In this document: positions 1 to 9,352 of the stretch, one piece after another
How positions within the stretch are numbered: the stretch's first letter is position 1
How the letters are laid out: each line of letters starts with the position of its first letter
Origin: Bacillota bacterium
Lineage (GTDB): Bacteria; Bacillota; DTU025; MWDF01
Length of the DNA stretch: 32,000 bases
Assembly: GCA_029565935.1 (NCBI GenBank)
Contig: JAKQNF010000036.1
Location: 5,552-37,551 of the forward strand
Direction: 5' to 3'
Translations under genes and position numbers: made by a program
Notes under the pieces: generated by a model
The model's input: only the letters and a program-made list of their open reading frames with translations
Told to the model about the DNA's origin: nothing
The model's database searches: none

Positions 1-843
1 TTCAAGGATACGGAGTGGCTGAGGAGCTCTTTGGAGCAGAGCAGCTTCGCCCCGCAAATAAACATAAACATAAGCGCGGACGGCTTCATGGCCCAGATCA
101 AGAGCGTGGTCATAACTCCGGTGTTCAAGAACGACTGGTCGAGCGCCTATACCAGCTACAACGTCGGTACTTGGGTGAACGTGCCGGCGCCCGTGACGCC
201 GCCGATAGTGACACCGCCCGTGGTGGTGCCTCCTATAAGCGTCCCCATAGCGGCGAACGGCAGGATCAACGTGACGTCTAGCCCCAGCGGGGCAAGGGTG
301 TTCCTCAACGGGGTGGAGCAGGCTTCGACCCCGGCGAACTTCACCGGGCTGGAATTCGGCGAGTACGAGATAACCGTCATATATCCCGGCTACCGCACCT
401 TCACCAGGACCGTAAGCGTCAACAGCTCGAGCGTGCAATATGTATACGCTGAACTGACGGCGATAAGGAACCAGAACGCCTCGGGCAAATCGATCTTCGC
501 CAAGCAGATAGACCTTTCATGGCCTTCTGTGGGGCCTTTCACCGAGAGCTTCAGCTACGCGGGGTACTACTGGAACGTGACCCTAAGGGCGGATTCGATC
601 CTGGGGATGCTTACCAAGGTCAACGCTACCGCTTCAGTGCAGGGAGGATCGCAAGTGCAGTTCGCCGAGTTCACGCCGTCCGGCGCGAACGCGGCTTACA
701 GGTCAAAGGTCGTAGAGTACCAGTACAGGCCCTTTACGTTCAGGATCACCGTGCTTGACGTGAATAACACGACAGGGTCCCTTACCGGCAGCAGCTACAT
801 CGAATCTATAAAGCTGTACCTGGAAGTCTTCTATACGGGCTAA
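1..843 (+). CDS. 3' part of a secreted/surface protein with a Pro/Thr linker, a PEGA-like domain and a C-terminal beta-rich region
   Basis: Frame 1 is open from the window edge (FKDTEWLRSSLEQSS...) to TAA at 841-843, so the TTG at 31 is probably not the true start. Linker VPAPVTPPIVTPPVVVPP is followed by GRINVTSSPSGARVFLNGVEQASTPANFTGLEFGEYEITVIYPGYRTFTRTVSV, a typical PEGA pattern. Confidence 0.75.
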   Translation, partial: FKDTEWLRSSLEQSSFAPQININISADGFMAQIKSVVITPVFKNDWSSAYTSYNVGTWVNVPAPVTPPIVTPPVVVPPISVPIAANGRINVTSSPSGARVFLNGVEQASTPANFTGLEFGEYEITVIYPGYRTFTRTVSVNSSSVQYVYAELTAIRNQNASGKSIFAKQIDLSWPSVGPFTESFSYAGYYWNVTLRADSILGMLTKVNATASVQGGSQVQFAEFTPSGANAAYRSKVVEYQYRPFTFRITVLDVNNTTGSLTGSSYIESIKLYLEVFYTG

Positions 844-868
844 GACCTGACGCGATACTGATGACGCA

Positions 869-900
869 AGCGCCGGAAGGGTAGGTCCCCCGGCGCTTTT
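869..900 (+). terminator. Rho-independent-like terminator downstream of the PEGA protein
   Basis: AGCGCCGG (869-876) pairs perfectly with CCGGCGCT (890-897) and is followed directly by TTT. Confidence 0.7.
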
Positions 901-910
901 ACTTGCCCTT

Positions 911-939
911 TTGAGGTTCGAACATCATAATTATATATG
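911..939 (+). promoter_or_regulatory. Candidate sigma-A-type promoter for asnS
   Basis: TTGAGG (911-916) and a TATATATG tract (932-939) with a 15-17 nt spacer, in an AT-rich island of a GC-rich region. Confidence 0.4.
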
Positions 940-975
940 ACGATTATTTAAAGCATTCAAGCAGGGGGTGCACCG

Positions 976-2271
976 ATGGCCGCATTGGCTTTGATAGGCA
1001 AGATAGGAGAGCATGACGGCAAGGAAGTAGAACTGAGAGGATGGCTGTACAACAAGAGGTCCAGCGGCAGGATACATTTCCTGGAGCTTCGGGACGGAAC
1101 GGGTTTCATACAGTGCGTCGTGGTGAAAGGCGAGGTCCCTGACGAGGATTTCGAGGCGGCTGGCAAGCTGACCCAGGAATCTTCGCTGAGGCTGACAGGC
1201 ATTGTAAGGGCAGACGCAAGGGCGAAGGGCGGATATGAGATAACAGTGAAGTCGGTGATGCCCTTCCAGGTCGCCCAGGATTACCCCATAACGCCCAAGG
1301 AGCACGGCATAGATTTCCTGATGGACAACAGGCACCTTTGGATAAGGCATAAGAGGCAGCACGCGCTGCTATCGATAAGGCACGAAGTGATCGCCGCAGC
1401 CCAGCAGTATCTCAACGACAACGGCTTCCTAAGGGTGGACGCCCCGATATTGACGCCTGCGGCATGCGAAGGTACCACAACGCTCTTCGAGACCGAGTAC
1501 TTCGAGGAGAAGGCGTATCTAAGCCAATCTGGCCAGCTGTACAATGAGGCGGACGCGATGGCGTTCGGAAAGGTATATTGCTTCGGCCCTACCTTCAGGG
1601 CCGAGAAATCCAAGACGAGGAGGCACCTGATCGAATTCTGGATGCTAGAGCCTGAGATGGCCTGGTGCGACCAGGAGGAGAACCAGAGGGTGCAGGAGGA
1701 GCTGGTCTCCTACATAGTGGCGAAGGTGCTCGAAAAAAGAAGAGCCGAACTTGCGGTCATCGAAAGGGACGTAACGAAGCTGGAGGACATCAAACCCCCG
1801 TTCCCGCGCCTAAGCTACGACGATGCCATAGATATCCTCAAAGGAGCCGGCAGGGACATATCCTGGGGAGACGACTTCGGCGCCCCCGACGAGACCCTTA
1901 TTTCCGAGAGGTTCACAAGGCCTGTGTTCGTCACCAACTACCCGACGTCAATGAAGGCATTCTACATGCAGCCCGAGCCAGGCAGGCCAGAGGTGGTAAA
2001 ATGTGCCGACATGCTGGCGCCTGAGGGCTATGGCGAGATAATCGGCGGAAGCGAGAGGATATGGGATCCGGCGCTCATGGAGGAGCGCATGAGGCAGCAC
2101 AACCTCAGCGAAGAGGCGTATGGATGGTACATGCAGCTAAGGAAGTTCGGTACCGTACCGCATTCTGGCTTCGGCATCGGAATCGAAAGGACTGTGGCAT
2201 GGATTACAGGATCTGAGCACATCAGGGAGATGATCCCATTCCCGAGGCTACTATACAGATTGCGTCCATAA
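976..2271 (+). CDS. asnS: Asparaginyl-tRNA synthetase (class II aaRS)
   Basis: Full-length ORF. N-terminal OB-fold ([32 protein letters not shown]), [25 protein letters not shown], and C-terminal [29 protein letters not shown]. Confidence 0.93.
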   Translation: MAALALIGKIGEHDGKEVELRGWLYNKRSSGRIHFLELRDGTGFIQCVVVKGEVPDEDFEAAGKLTQESSLRLTGIVRADARAKGGYEITVKSVMPFQVAQDYPITPKEHGIDFLMDNRHLWIRHKRQHALLSIRHEVIAAAQQYLNDNGFLRVDAPILTPAACEGTTTLFETEYFEEKAYLSQSGQLYNEADAMAFGKVYCFGPTFRAEKSKTRRHLIEFWMLEPEMAWCDQEENQRVQEELVSYIVAKVLEKRRAELAVIERDVTKLEDIKPPFPRLSYDDAIDILKGAGRDISWGDDFGAPDETLISERFTRPVFVTNYPTSMKAFYMQPEPGRPEVVKCADMLAPEGYGEIIGGSERIWDPALMEERMRQHNLSEEAYGWYMQLRKFGTVPHSGFGIGIERTVAWITGSEHIREMIPFPRLLYRLRP

Positions 2272-2277
2272 TGCTAC

Positions 2278-2315
2278 GACGCCCACGGCGGGAACCAAAA
2301 GCCCCTGTGGGCGTC
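2278..2315 (+). terminator. Strong hairpin after asnS, possible terminator without a clear U-tract
   Basis: GACGCCCAC (2278-2286) pairs with GTGGGCGTC (2307-2315), with additional inner pairs. It is followed by AAAT, not a T-run. Confidence 0.5.
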
Positions 2316-2361
2316 AAATGACTTGATGGAGGAAAAAGCTGACCTACAAGGAGGGTTTGAA

Positions 2362-5300
2362 ATGCTAAGGAAGAAGACCGGCGCGCTATTTGCGGCATCT
2401 TTGCTCCTTGTACTCTTGATAGTCGCAGTCCAAGCGGGCGCCCAGGTGACCACGTACATCCAGAACGGCGAGAAGTACCTTGCCGATGGAAGCTGGGCCA
2501 TGGCGATCAACGAGTTCAAGTATGCGCTCAACTATGAGCCACAGAACACGAATGCCTGGTACGGACTGGGCAGAGCTTATGAAGGACTCTCGGGCGCCAA
2601 GGGTGCGTTCGATATCAATGCGGAGGCGCTCACCGGCGGGACTGATGCCATAGCCTTCAAACCGGACAAAGACGCCTCTGCGAACCTCGAAGAGGCGATA
2701 AGGGCGTTCTCCAACGCGGCTTCCTACTATCCTGTGAATCTTTCCGCCATTGCGGCCCTTGGCAGGGCGCAATACATGGCGGGGCGCACACAGGAAGCCT
2801 TCTACACGCTAGAAAGGGGTACCGTCCCATACTCGCTAAACAACGAGGCGCTGGCTAACATGCTTTACATAAGCATGATGGCAGGCGATGCGCAAAGGTT
2901 CGGCACCTATTCGCAGATAGCAAGGAACAGCACCGCCGCCATGTCCGACCAGGGTGTCATCCACGCCCTGGCTGCCGCCGAGGTCGCCGCGGGCAATTAT
3001 AAAGCGGCGGAGACACTGCTCACACCGCTGATGTACAGGTACGACCTAGGATATCTGCCCCTTAAGGCGATGGGAGACATCCTGTTCGCACAGGGCAGGC
3101 CGATGGAGGCGCTCAGCTTCTACAAGTACGCCGCCAACGCGAATCCCAAGGCGACGGGTGCCCTTACGATGACGGGCGACATCCTGTCACTTACCGGGGA
3201 TCCCACGGGAGCCTCGGCTGCGTACAGGGCGGCCCTGCTGGCCAATCCAGCATCCTACTGGGCCAAGATGGGCCTTGCCAGGAGCCTTATGGAGCTCAAC
3301 GACAACACCGGGGCCCTCAACGTGGTGAAGGAACTGCTCAGCAAGGGCGGATCTGATAACCAGGATACGGCGTACACCTTGGAGGCGGTCCTAGAAAGGG
3401 CGCTCGGGCAGCTGCAGCAGGCCGAGATCTCGCTGAAGACGGCCTTGGCGCTTAACCCGTCGAACCAGGTGGCCGCTTATTACCTGAGCCTGGTACAGTC
3501 CGAGATGCGCGCAAGGGGCCTGGCAAGCCTGACGTTCCCGGGCATGACTCTGCCGGCCTTTGAAGGCTTCGTGATAAACGGCGGGGCTTCGATCGCAAAC
3601 AACCGCAAGGTGACCCTGAGCGTGAATACGACGGCCAGCTACGTGTCATTCAAGAACGAGAACGCGGATTACGGGACATGGAGCTACAAGTTCGGCACTT
3701 CGGCGAGCTATGACTGGCTGCTCTCCGAAGGGGACGGGAAGAAATCCGTCCGCATGCGCACCAGGGAGGGCCTGTTCTCCATGGCGCAGGAAGGACCTGT
3801 AGAGGAGATCCTGCTCGACACCACGCCACCCACGGTCATCTCTCGCGAAGCTTCATACTTGTCAGGGAACACCTTCATGATGAGAGTGGTCGCAGAAGAG
3901 GCGATGACCGGGATAGGCACGTTCTGGATGTCCGCCGACGGGACCCTCTGGAAACCGTACAGGTGGATGGGCGGGACGTTCCCGTTCGCATTCGTCGTAG
4001 GGGCAAGCAAGGTAGTCACGGTGGCGATAGTCGACGGGGCGGGCAACTTTGCATCGTTCCAGACCGACATAAGCCAGTACATACCGGGTCCTGTCATAAC
4101 CGACGTGTCGGCGCAGGAGACCGGGACCGGCAAGGTGACGGTAAGATGGACGACCGACAGGCTGTCCAGCAGCTACGTAGAGTACAAGCTGGGCCAGTCG
4201 GCGAACGTGGTGGGCAACGAATCTCTGGTCAAGTCCCACGTAGTGGATGTAACGGGGCTCATCCCCGGCCAGGCATACCAGTTCAAGCCAATATCGGTAG
4301 ATTCCTACGGGATCAAGACGGAAGGGCAGCCCGTTACGCTTACGCTGAGCGCGCCGGTTAAACCGCCGACCATAAGCGGTATAAGCGTCTTGGGCGTTAC
4401 CGCGAACACCGCTACCATAAGCTGGAATACGGACGTGCCCTCATACGGGTATGTCATGTACTCCGTCTCGGGCCAGCAGATATCTTCCCAGCAGGTGGGC
4501 CCGTCCACCCAAAACCAGGTGACGCTCACCGGGCTCATGCAGATATCCACCTACCAGTTCCAGGTAATAGCCTGGGACCAGCAAGGTAGGCAGGCATACT
4601 CCGACATGAGGAGCTTTACGACCTCCTCGTCGGACAGGAAGTCCCCGACGATATCCAATCTCAGGATAAACGGGGGCGCGGCTTCGACCAACAACAGGAC
4701 GGTCGGGCTGGAGCTATACGCGACGGACGATTCCGGTTATGTCACAGAGATGAGCTTCAAGGACGACTACTCCAACTGGAGCGCCTGGATGCCTTACAAT
4801 ACGTACTCCAGCTTCGTTCTTAGCGACAGGGAAGGCCAGCGCACCGTCTATGCGAGGGTGAAAGACGCCGCCGGCAACATCTCGACCGAAGTCACAGCGA
4901 GGATAGAGCTGGACAGGACGGCGCCCAGGATCAGCTGGGTAGGCGCACAGGCCGGCCTCGATAATGCGGAGATCACCTGGGACACCGACGAAAGCTCCGA
5001 TTCTTGGGCGTTCTTCGGCACGTCCTCAAGCTCGCTGTCATATAGCCAAGGGCAGGGCGACTCGGTGAGGTCCCATAGGGTGTTCCTTACCGGGCTACGT
5101 CCGGACACGACCTACTTCTACAAGGTGATGTCCCGTGATGCGGCCGGCAACGCTTCCGAAAGCTCCATCGCCTCCTTCAGGACCCAGCCTGCGATGCCGG
5201 CGGACACCAAAGCCCCCACCGGATCCGTGACGATCAACGACGGCACCACATACACCAGGTCGAGGTACATCTACCTCAACCTGTACGCGACGGATGACAG

Positions 5301-7071
5301 GTCCTCGCAGGGCGAGATACAGTTCAGGGTCGGCGAGGGAGCCAGCAGCTACAGCATAACCTGGGGCGCTTGGCAGGCGTTCGCGCCAAGGGTGCAGTAC
5401 ACCCTCGGCTACGGCGACGGCCAGAGGAACGTGTGGGTGATGTACAGGGATGCCGCCGGCAACGTATCGCAAATCTACGGCGCGTCGGTCATACTCGACA
5501 CGAAAGCTCCGATAATAACGAACCTCGGAGTATCAAACGTAACGACAACCAGCGCTGTGATCAACTTCACTACCAACGAGCCGTCGTTTGGCAGCGTAGA
5601 GTACGGAATCGCGACATATTCGCTTAGCCTGGCATCGGGCGAGAGCGGAGTCAAGTCTTCCTCCGTGAGCACGGCCGAACCCAGCTCGGTAATCATAACC
5701 CCGAACCCGCTGCCGACGAGGCCCGGCATGACGAACTTCAGCATCAACATCACAGGGCTCAAGGCGGGGACGACCTACTACTTCAGGGCTGTGGCCATGG
5801 ACATAGCGGGCAATACGTCGGCCACCCAGGTAGGCAGCTTCAACACGCTGGAGCCTGTGCCGGTCGACACCAAGGCCCCGACCGGATCTGTCACGATAAA
5901 CGACAATACAAGGTACACCAGGTCCAGGTACGTATACCTGAACTTGTACGCATCCGATGACAAGTCGCCTCAGTCGGCCATACAGTACCGCGTAGGCGAG
6001 GGCATAAGCGCATACAGCATAAGCTGGGGCGGCTGGACGCAGTTCGCCAGCAAGGTGGCGTACACCCTAGGCTATGGCGACGGCCAGAGGAACATCTGGG
6101 TCATGTACAGGGACGCGGCGGGCAACGTTTCGCAGGCGTACGGAGCGTCGATAGTTCTCGACAGCAAGGCGCCTATAATAACCAACCTGGCCGCAAGCAA
6201 CATAACGACCAGCTCAGCGACTATAACCTGGAACACCAACGAGGCTTCGTTCGGCAGCGTCGAGTTCGGCACCTCCTCTTCGTCCCTAAGCTCAGCGACC
6301 GGCGAGACGGGCGTGAGGTCGTCTTCGATCAGCACGGCTGAGCCCAGCTCGGTGGTGATCACCCCCAACCCGACCGGCGGAAGGGGCGGGAACACCAGCT
6401 TCAGCCTGAACATAACAGGGTTAAGGGCCGATACTACCTACTACTTCAGGGCAGTGGCGATGGACCTCGCCGGCAACATAGCCGCCTCCCAGACGTCGAG
6501 CTTCCGTACGGCGTCGGCGGTCGTGGCGCCTCCCGTGGTGACACCACCTATTGTGACACCCCCTGTGGTAACGCCTCCTGTGACGCCTCCGGTCGTGACA
6601 CCTCCTACGACTACGCCCACACAGCCGACAGGAGTCAACCTCGCGGGCAAGTCACAGGGCACGAAAGCAAGCACCAACGGCTGGTCCAAGGCAAATGTGG
6701 CGGCTTTAGCGATCGACGAGAACATGTCGTCCTTCTGGATGTCGAAGGATACCGCTACTTCCTCGACACCTCAATGGATAGAGGTCACGTTCGGCAAGAC
6801 CGTCGCGTTCAACACCGTGGTCATGAAAGTATCCTCGAAAGGAGCGCCCAAGGACCTCAAGGTGTTCGCCATGGTCAACAACAAGTGGACCGAAGTCTAC
6901 AATTACAAGACCAACAGGGAAGGTACCGGAAATCCCGCATCGTCGACAGTAGAGACGATAACGATGAGCTTCAGCAGGGTGCAGGCAACAGCGGTGCGCC
7001 TCTACTACTACGACATGGTCTACAAAGACGAGCCTACGGTCTTGTACGAGGTGGAAGTCTATAACAGGTAA
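2362..7071 (+). CDS. Very large secreted modular protein: signal peptide, TPR region, multiple Ig/FN3-like modules, VTPP linker, C-terminal F5/8-type-C (discoidin)-like domain
   Basis: The ORF is open from 2323, but ATG 2362 has a nearby Shine-Dalgarno (AAGGAGG) and gives a signal peptide (MLRKKTGALFAASLLLVLLIVAVQAGAQ). TPR-like helices follow, then repeated DTKAPTGSVTIND...YGDGQRNVWVMYRDAAGNVSQ and FN3-like ITGLKAGTTYYFRAVAMD, ending in LAIDENMSSFWMSKD...QWIEVTFGKTVAFNTVVMK...VRLYYYD. Confidence 0.85.
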   Translation: MLRKKTGALFAASLLLVLLIVAVQAGAQVTTYIQNGEKYLADGSWAMAINEFKYALNYEPQNTNAWYGLGRAYEGLSGAKGAFDINAEALTGGTDAIAFKPDKDASANLEEAIRAFSNAASYYPVNLSAIAALGRAQYMAGRTQEAFYTLERGTVPYSLNNEALANMLYISMMAGDAQRFGTYSQIARNSTAAMSDQGVIHALAAAEVAAGNYKAAETLLTPLMYRYDLGYLPLKAMGDILFAQGRPMEALSFYKYAANANPKATGALTMTGDILSLTGDPTGASAAYRAALLANPASYWAKMGLARSLMELNDNTGALNVVKELLSKGGSDNQDTAYTLEAVLERALGQLQQAEISLKTALALNPSNQVAAYYLSLVQSEMRARGLASLTFPGMTLPAFEGFVINGGASIANNRKVTLSVNTTASYVSFKNENADYGTWSYKFGTSASYDWLLSEGDGKKSVRMRTREGLFSMAQEGPVEEILLDTTPPTVISREASYLSGNTFMMRVVAEEAMTGIGTFWMSADGTLWKPYRWMGGTFPFAFVVGASKVVTVAIVDGAGNFASFQTDISQYIPGPVITDVSAQETGTGKVTVRWTTDRLSSSYVEYKLGQSANVVGNESLVKSHVVDVTGLIPGQAYQFKPISVDSYGIKTEGQPVTLTLSAPVKPPTISGISVLGVTANTATISWNTDVPSYGYVMYSVSGQQISSQQVGPSTQNQVTLTGLMQISTYQFQVIAWDQQGRQAYSDMRSFTTSSSDRKSPTISNLRINGGAASTNNRTVGLELYATDDSGYVTEMSFKDDYSNWSAWMPYNTYSSFVLSDREGQRTVYARVKDAAGNISTEVTARIELDRTAPRISWVGAQAGLDNAEITWDTDESSDSWAFFGTSSSSLSYSQGQGDSVRSHRVFLTGLRPDTTYFYKVMSRDAAGNASESSIASFRTQPAMPADTKAPTGSVTINDGTTYTRSRYIYLNLYATDDRSSQGEIQFRVGEGASSYSITWGAWQAFAPRVQYTLGYGDGQRNVWVMYRDAAGNVSQIYGASVILDTKAPIITNLGVSNVTTTSAVINFTTNEPSFGSVEYGIATYSLSLASGESGVKSSSVSTAEPSSVIITPNPLPTRPGMTNFSINITGLKAGTTYYFRAVAMDIAGNTSATQVGSFNTLEPVPVDTKAPTGSVTINDNTRYTRSRYVYLNLYASDDKSPQSAIQYRVGEGISAYSISWGGWTQFASKVAYTLGYGDGQRNIWVMYRDAAGNVSQAYGASIVLDSKAPIITNLAASNITTSSATITWNTNEASFGSVEFGTSSSSLSSATGETGVRSSSISTAEPSSVVITPNPTGGRGGNTSFSLNITGLRADTTYYFRAVAMDLAGNIAASQTSSFRTASAVVAPPVVTPPIVTPPVVTPPVTPPVVTPPTTTPTQPTGVNLAGKSQGTKASTNGWSKANVAALAIDENMSSFWMSKDTATSSTPQWIEVTFGKTVAFNTVVMKVSSKGAPKDLKVFAMVNNKWTEVYNYKTNREGTGNPASSTVETITMSFSRVQATAVRLYYYDMVYKDEPTVLYEVEVYNR
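5203..5865 (+). repeat. Tandem in-frame repeat copy 1 (663 bp, 221 aa)
   Basis: Translates DTKAPTGSVTINDGTTYTRSRYIYLNLYATDD...GSFNTLEPVPV and aligns end to end with the next 221 aa. Confidence 0.85.
5866..6525 (+). repeat. Tandem in-frame repeat copy 2
   Basis: Translates DTKAPTGSVTINDNTRYTRSRYVYLNLYASDD...SSFRTASAVV. The period is 663 bp relative to copy 1. Confidence 0.85.
6526..6631 (+). repeat. Pro/Thr/Val-rich degenerate minisatellite encoding (V)VTPP linker repeats
   Basis: Encodes APPVVTPPIVTPPVVTPPVTPPVVTPPTTTPTQPTG. A similar linker occurs in the partial ORF at 1-843. Confidence 0.8.
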
Positions 7072-7092
7072 TCAGTGACATGATCGAGAACC

Positions 7093-7130
7093 GGCGCCGC
7101 GGACTGTGCCATCGCGCCATCCGCGGCGCC
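7093..7130 (+). terminator. GC-rich perfect hairpin between the giant surface protein and the rlmI-like gene
   Basis: GGCGCCGCGGA (7093-7103) and TCCGCGGCGCC (7120-7130) form an 11-bp perfect stem with a 16-nt loop. It is followed by TTCC, so the U-tract is weak. Confidence 0.5.
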
Positions 7131-7149
7131 TTCCATCGGAGGGGAGACA

Positions 7150-8319
7150 TTGGGGACCATCAAGCTCTACAAGGGCAAGGACAGGAGAATCAGGGCGGGG
7201 CACCTGTGGATATTCGAAGGTGAGATAGACGAGGTCCGCGAAGCCGCGCCGGGGGACATCGTCGACGTGGTGAACCACCAGGGCAGCTTCCTGGGGAAGG
7301 CCATGGTGAGCGGCTCTGAGACGCTCAAGGCGCGCATCATGGCAAGGAAGGACGTGCCGATAGACGAAGCCTTCTTCGCTAGGGCCCTTGAAGGCTGCCT
7401 GGAATATAGGAGGAGGGTCGCTCCCGACGCCACATGCTACAGGCTGGTCAACAGCGAGGGGGACCTGCTGCCGGGCCTAACCGTGGACGTATACGAAGAC
7501 GTGTTCGTACTGCAAGCGACGACCTACGGCATGGACATAAGGAAGCGCATGCTAGCAGAGCTGGTGGCGAAGCTTTTGGGGACCGGCAAGGCCTATGAGC
7601 GGGACGACATGCCGGTAAGGCGGTATGAGAAGCTAGAGCCGGTCAAGGGTTTCTTGATGGGCGAGTTCGACACGCGAATCAGGATCAGGGAGAACGGAGC
7701 CGTCATGGACATAGACGTCTCCGAGGGGCAGAAGACTGGATATTACCTCGACCAGAGGGAGAACAGGTCGGCGGCGGCAGGGCTTTCGGCAGGGCTGCAC
7801 GTGCTGGATGCATTCTGCTACAACGGCAGCTTCGGAGTGCAGGCCGGCATCAAAGGCGCGGCCAGCGTCCATTTCATGGACTTGAGCGAGCCAGCCATCG
7901 AGAAGGCGAGGGAGAACGCAAGGCTCAACGGCATCGAGGGTATCAGCAGGTTCGAAACCGTGAACGCGTTCGACGAGCTGAACAAGCTTGCCAAGGAAGG
8001 GGCCCGGTATGACATGGTGATGCTGGACCCTCCTCCTTTTACGAGGAACAAGGAGGCCGTCGAGGGTGCGATAAGAGGCTACAAGGAGATAAACCTAAGG
8101 GGCATCAAGCTCACGAGGCCCGGCGGATACCTGGTTACTTCGAGCTGCTCCCAGCACATAGGGATGGAGCTGTTCAAGGAGATCATCCTGACGGCAGCGG
8201 CGGATGCAGGCAAGTATCTGCAGCTCGTGGAGGCGAGGTCGCAGGCGAAGGACCATACGAGGCTCCTTTCGATGCCGGAGACCGAATACCTGAAGTTTCT
8301 GATATTCAGGGTGGCATGA
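7150..8319 (+). CDS. rlmI: RlmI-like 23S rRNA (m5C) SAM-dependent methyltransferase with N-terminal PUA-like domain
   Basis: TTG start with RBS GGAGGGGAG. Contains IRAGHLWIFEGEI, TGYYLDQRENR, VLDAFCYNGSFGVQAG and DMVMLDPPPFTRNK. Assigned to the family, not to proven specificity. Confidence 0.85.
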   Translation: MGTIKLYKGKDRRIRAGHLWIFEGEIDEVREAAPGDIVDVVNHQGSFLGKAMVSGSETLKARIMARKDVPIDEAFFARALEGCLEYRRRVAPDATCYRLVNSEGDLLPGLTVDVYEDVFVLQATTYGMDIRKRMLAELVAKLLGTGKAYERDDMPVRRYEKLEPVKGFLMGEFDTRIRIRENGAVMDIDVSEGQKTGYYLDQRENRSAAAGLSAGLHVLDAFCYNGSFGVQAGIKGAASVHFMDLSEPAIEKARENARLNGIEGISRFETVNAFDELNKLAKEGARYDMVMLDPPPFTRNKEAVEGAIRGYKEINLRGIKLTRPGGYLVTSSCSQHIGMELFKEIILTAAADAGKYLQLVEARSQAKDHTRLLSMPETEYLKFLIFRVA

Positions 8320-8351
8320 GCCGAGGAACGGCCTTCCATTCCCGAACTTAT

Positions 8352-8363
8352 ATATGTTATAAT
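8352..8363 (+). promoter_or_regulatory. Candidate extended -10 promoter upstream of rpmE
   Basis: TG-n-TATAAT (TGTTATAAT, 8355-8363) in an AT-rich tract; the -35 element is poor. Confidence 0.45.
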
Positions 8364-8417
8364 TCACGATGTTTTATGTTCAGGAGATAGTTCCTTCTCT
8401 TAGTGGAGGTGTACGGA

Positions 8418-8615
8418 ATGAAGGAAAAGATACATCCTAAATACTCGGTCACGAAGGTGACGTGCGCTTGCGGCGAAACTTTCGAGGTGGGATCGACAGC
8501 TGAGAACCTCAGGGTCGAAATCTGCTCCAAGTGCCATCCCTTCACCACTGGCGTACAGAGGATAGTGGACACCGGTGGCAGGATAGAGAAATTCCGCAAA
8601 AAGCACAACCTGTAG
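8418..8615 (+). CDS. rpmE: 50S ribosomal protein L31, zinc-binding (C+) type
   Basis: [45 protein letters not shown], with the CxC...CxxC L31 pattern. ATG 8418 is preferred over the upstream GTG at 8403. Confidence 0.93.
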   Translation: MKEKIHPKYSVTKVTCACGETFEVGSTAENLRVEICSKCHPFTTGVQRIVDTGGRIEKFRKKHNL

Positions 8616-8666
8616 CACCACGGGCGGGCGCCTTGTCCAAGACATGTCCCGCCTAAAGACCAATAC

Positions 8667-8705
8667 GTCGGAGCCTTACTATATGCTAAGGCTCCGACAT
8701 TATTT
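8667..8705 (+). terminator. Hairpin terminator between rpmE and tdk
   Basis: GTCGGAGCCTTA (8667-8678) and TAAGGCTCCGAC (8687-8698) form a 12-bp perfect stem with an 8-nt loop, followed by ATTATTTTAT. Confidence 0.7.
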
Positions 8706-8744
8706 TATAATGAATAGGATAAAGTCTTCCTGGAGGTAACCTCA

Positions 8745-9341
8745 ATGGATCTTAGGGTCGGCCATCCCGGCGGTTGGTTGGAGGTCATCTGCGGTTCGAT
8801 GTTCTCTGGCAAGAGCGAGGAGCTCATAAGGCGGGTAAAGAGGGCAAGGATCGCAAAGCAGCGCGTAATAGTCCTCAAACACGCAATAGACGACAGGTTC
8901 TCCATGAGCCAGGTCGTATCGCATGATGGCGACAAACTTGAGGGCATCCCGGTGACCAATTCCTCAGAGCTCATTTCTAAGATCCCCCTGGGTACGCAGG
9001 TCGTGGCCATAGACGAAGCCCAGTTCTTCGACTCCGGCCTGGTGGAAGTGTGCGACACATTGGCCCGAAGCGGCGTTAGGGTAATTGTGGCGGGGCTCGA
9101 CACGAATTTCAGGGGCGAGCCGTTCGGTCCGATACCGATGCTTCTCGCCTTGGCCGAGGACGTCACTAAACTCAACGCGATATGCATGAAGTGCGGCGCG
9201 CCGGCCTCTAGGACGCAGAGGCTTGTAAACGGCAAGCCCGCGAAGTTCGACGACCCTGTCGTTATGATAGGGGCGAGCGAATCCTACGAGGCAAGGTGCC
9301 GCAAGTGCCACGAAGTGCCCGGAAAGCCACAATCCGATTGA
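8745..9341 (+). CDS. tdk: Thymidine kinase (type II)
   Basis: P-loop [56 protein letters not shown] and a C-terminal zinc site. Confidence 0.93.
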   Translation: MDLRVGHPGGWLEVICGSMFSGKSEELIRRVKRARIAKQRVIVLKHAIDDRFSMSQVVSHDGDKLEGIPVTNSSELISKIPLGTQVVAIDEAQFFDSGLVEVCDTLARSGVRVIVAGLDTNFRGEPFGPIPMLLALAEDVTKLNAICMKCGAPASRTQRLVNGKPAKFDDPVVMIGASESYEARCRKCHEVPGKPQSD

Positions 9342-9352
9342 GAGGTGCGCAG

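Noticed and set aside
31-843. TTG at 31 as the start of the first CDS
   Set aside because: The same frame is open to base 1 and reads plausible protein, so the gene very likely begins upstream of the window.
5203-6525. Mobile element or insertion as the origin of the 663-bp repeat
   Set aside because: Both copies are in frame, encode the same domain pair and lack terminal inverted repeats or a transposase, so simple tandem duplication explains them.
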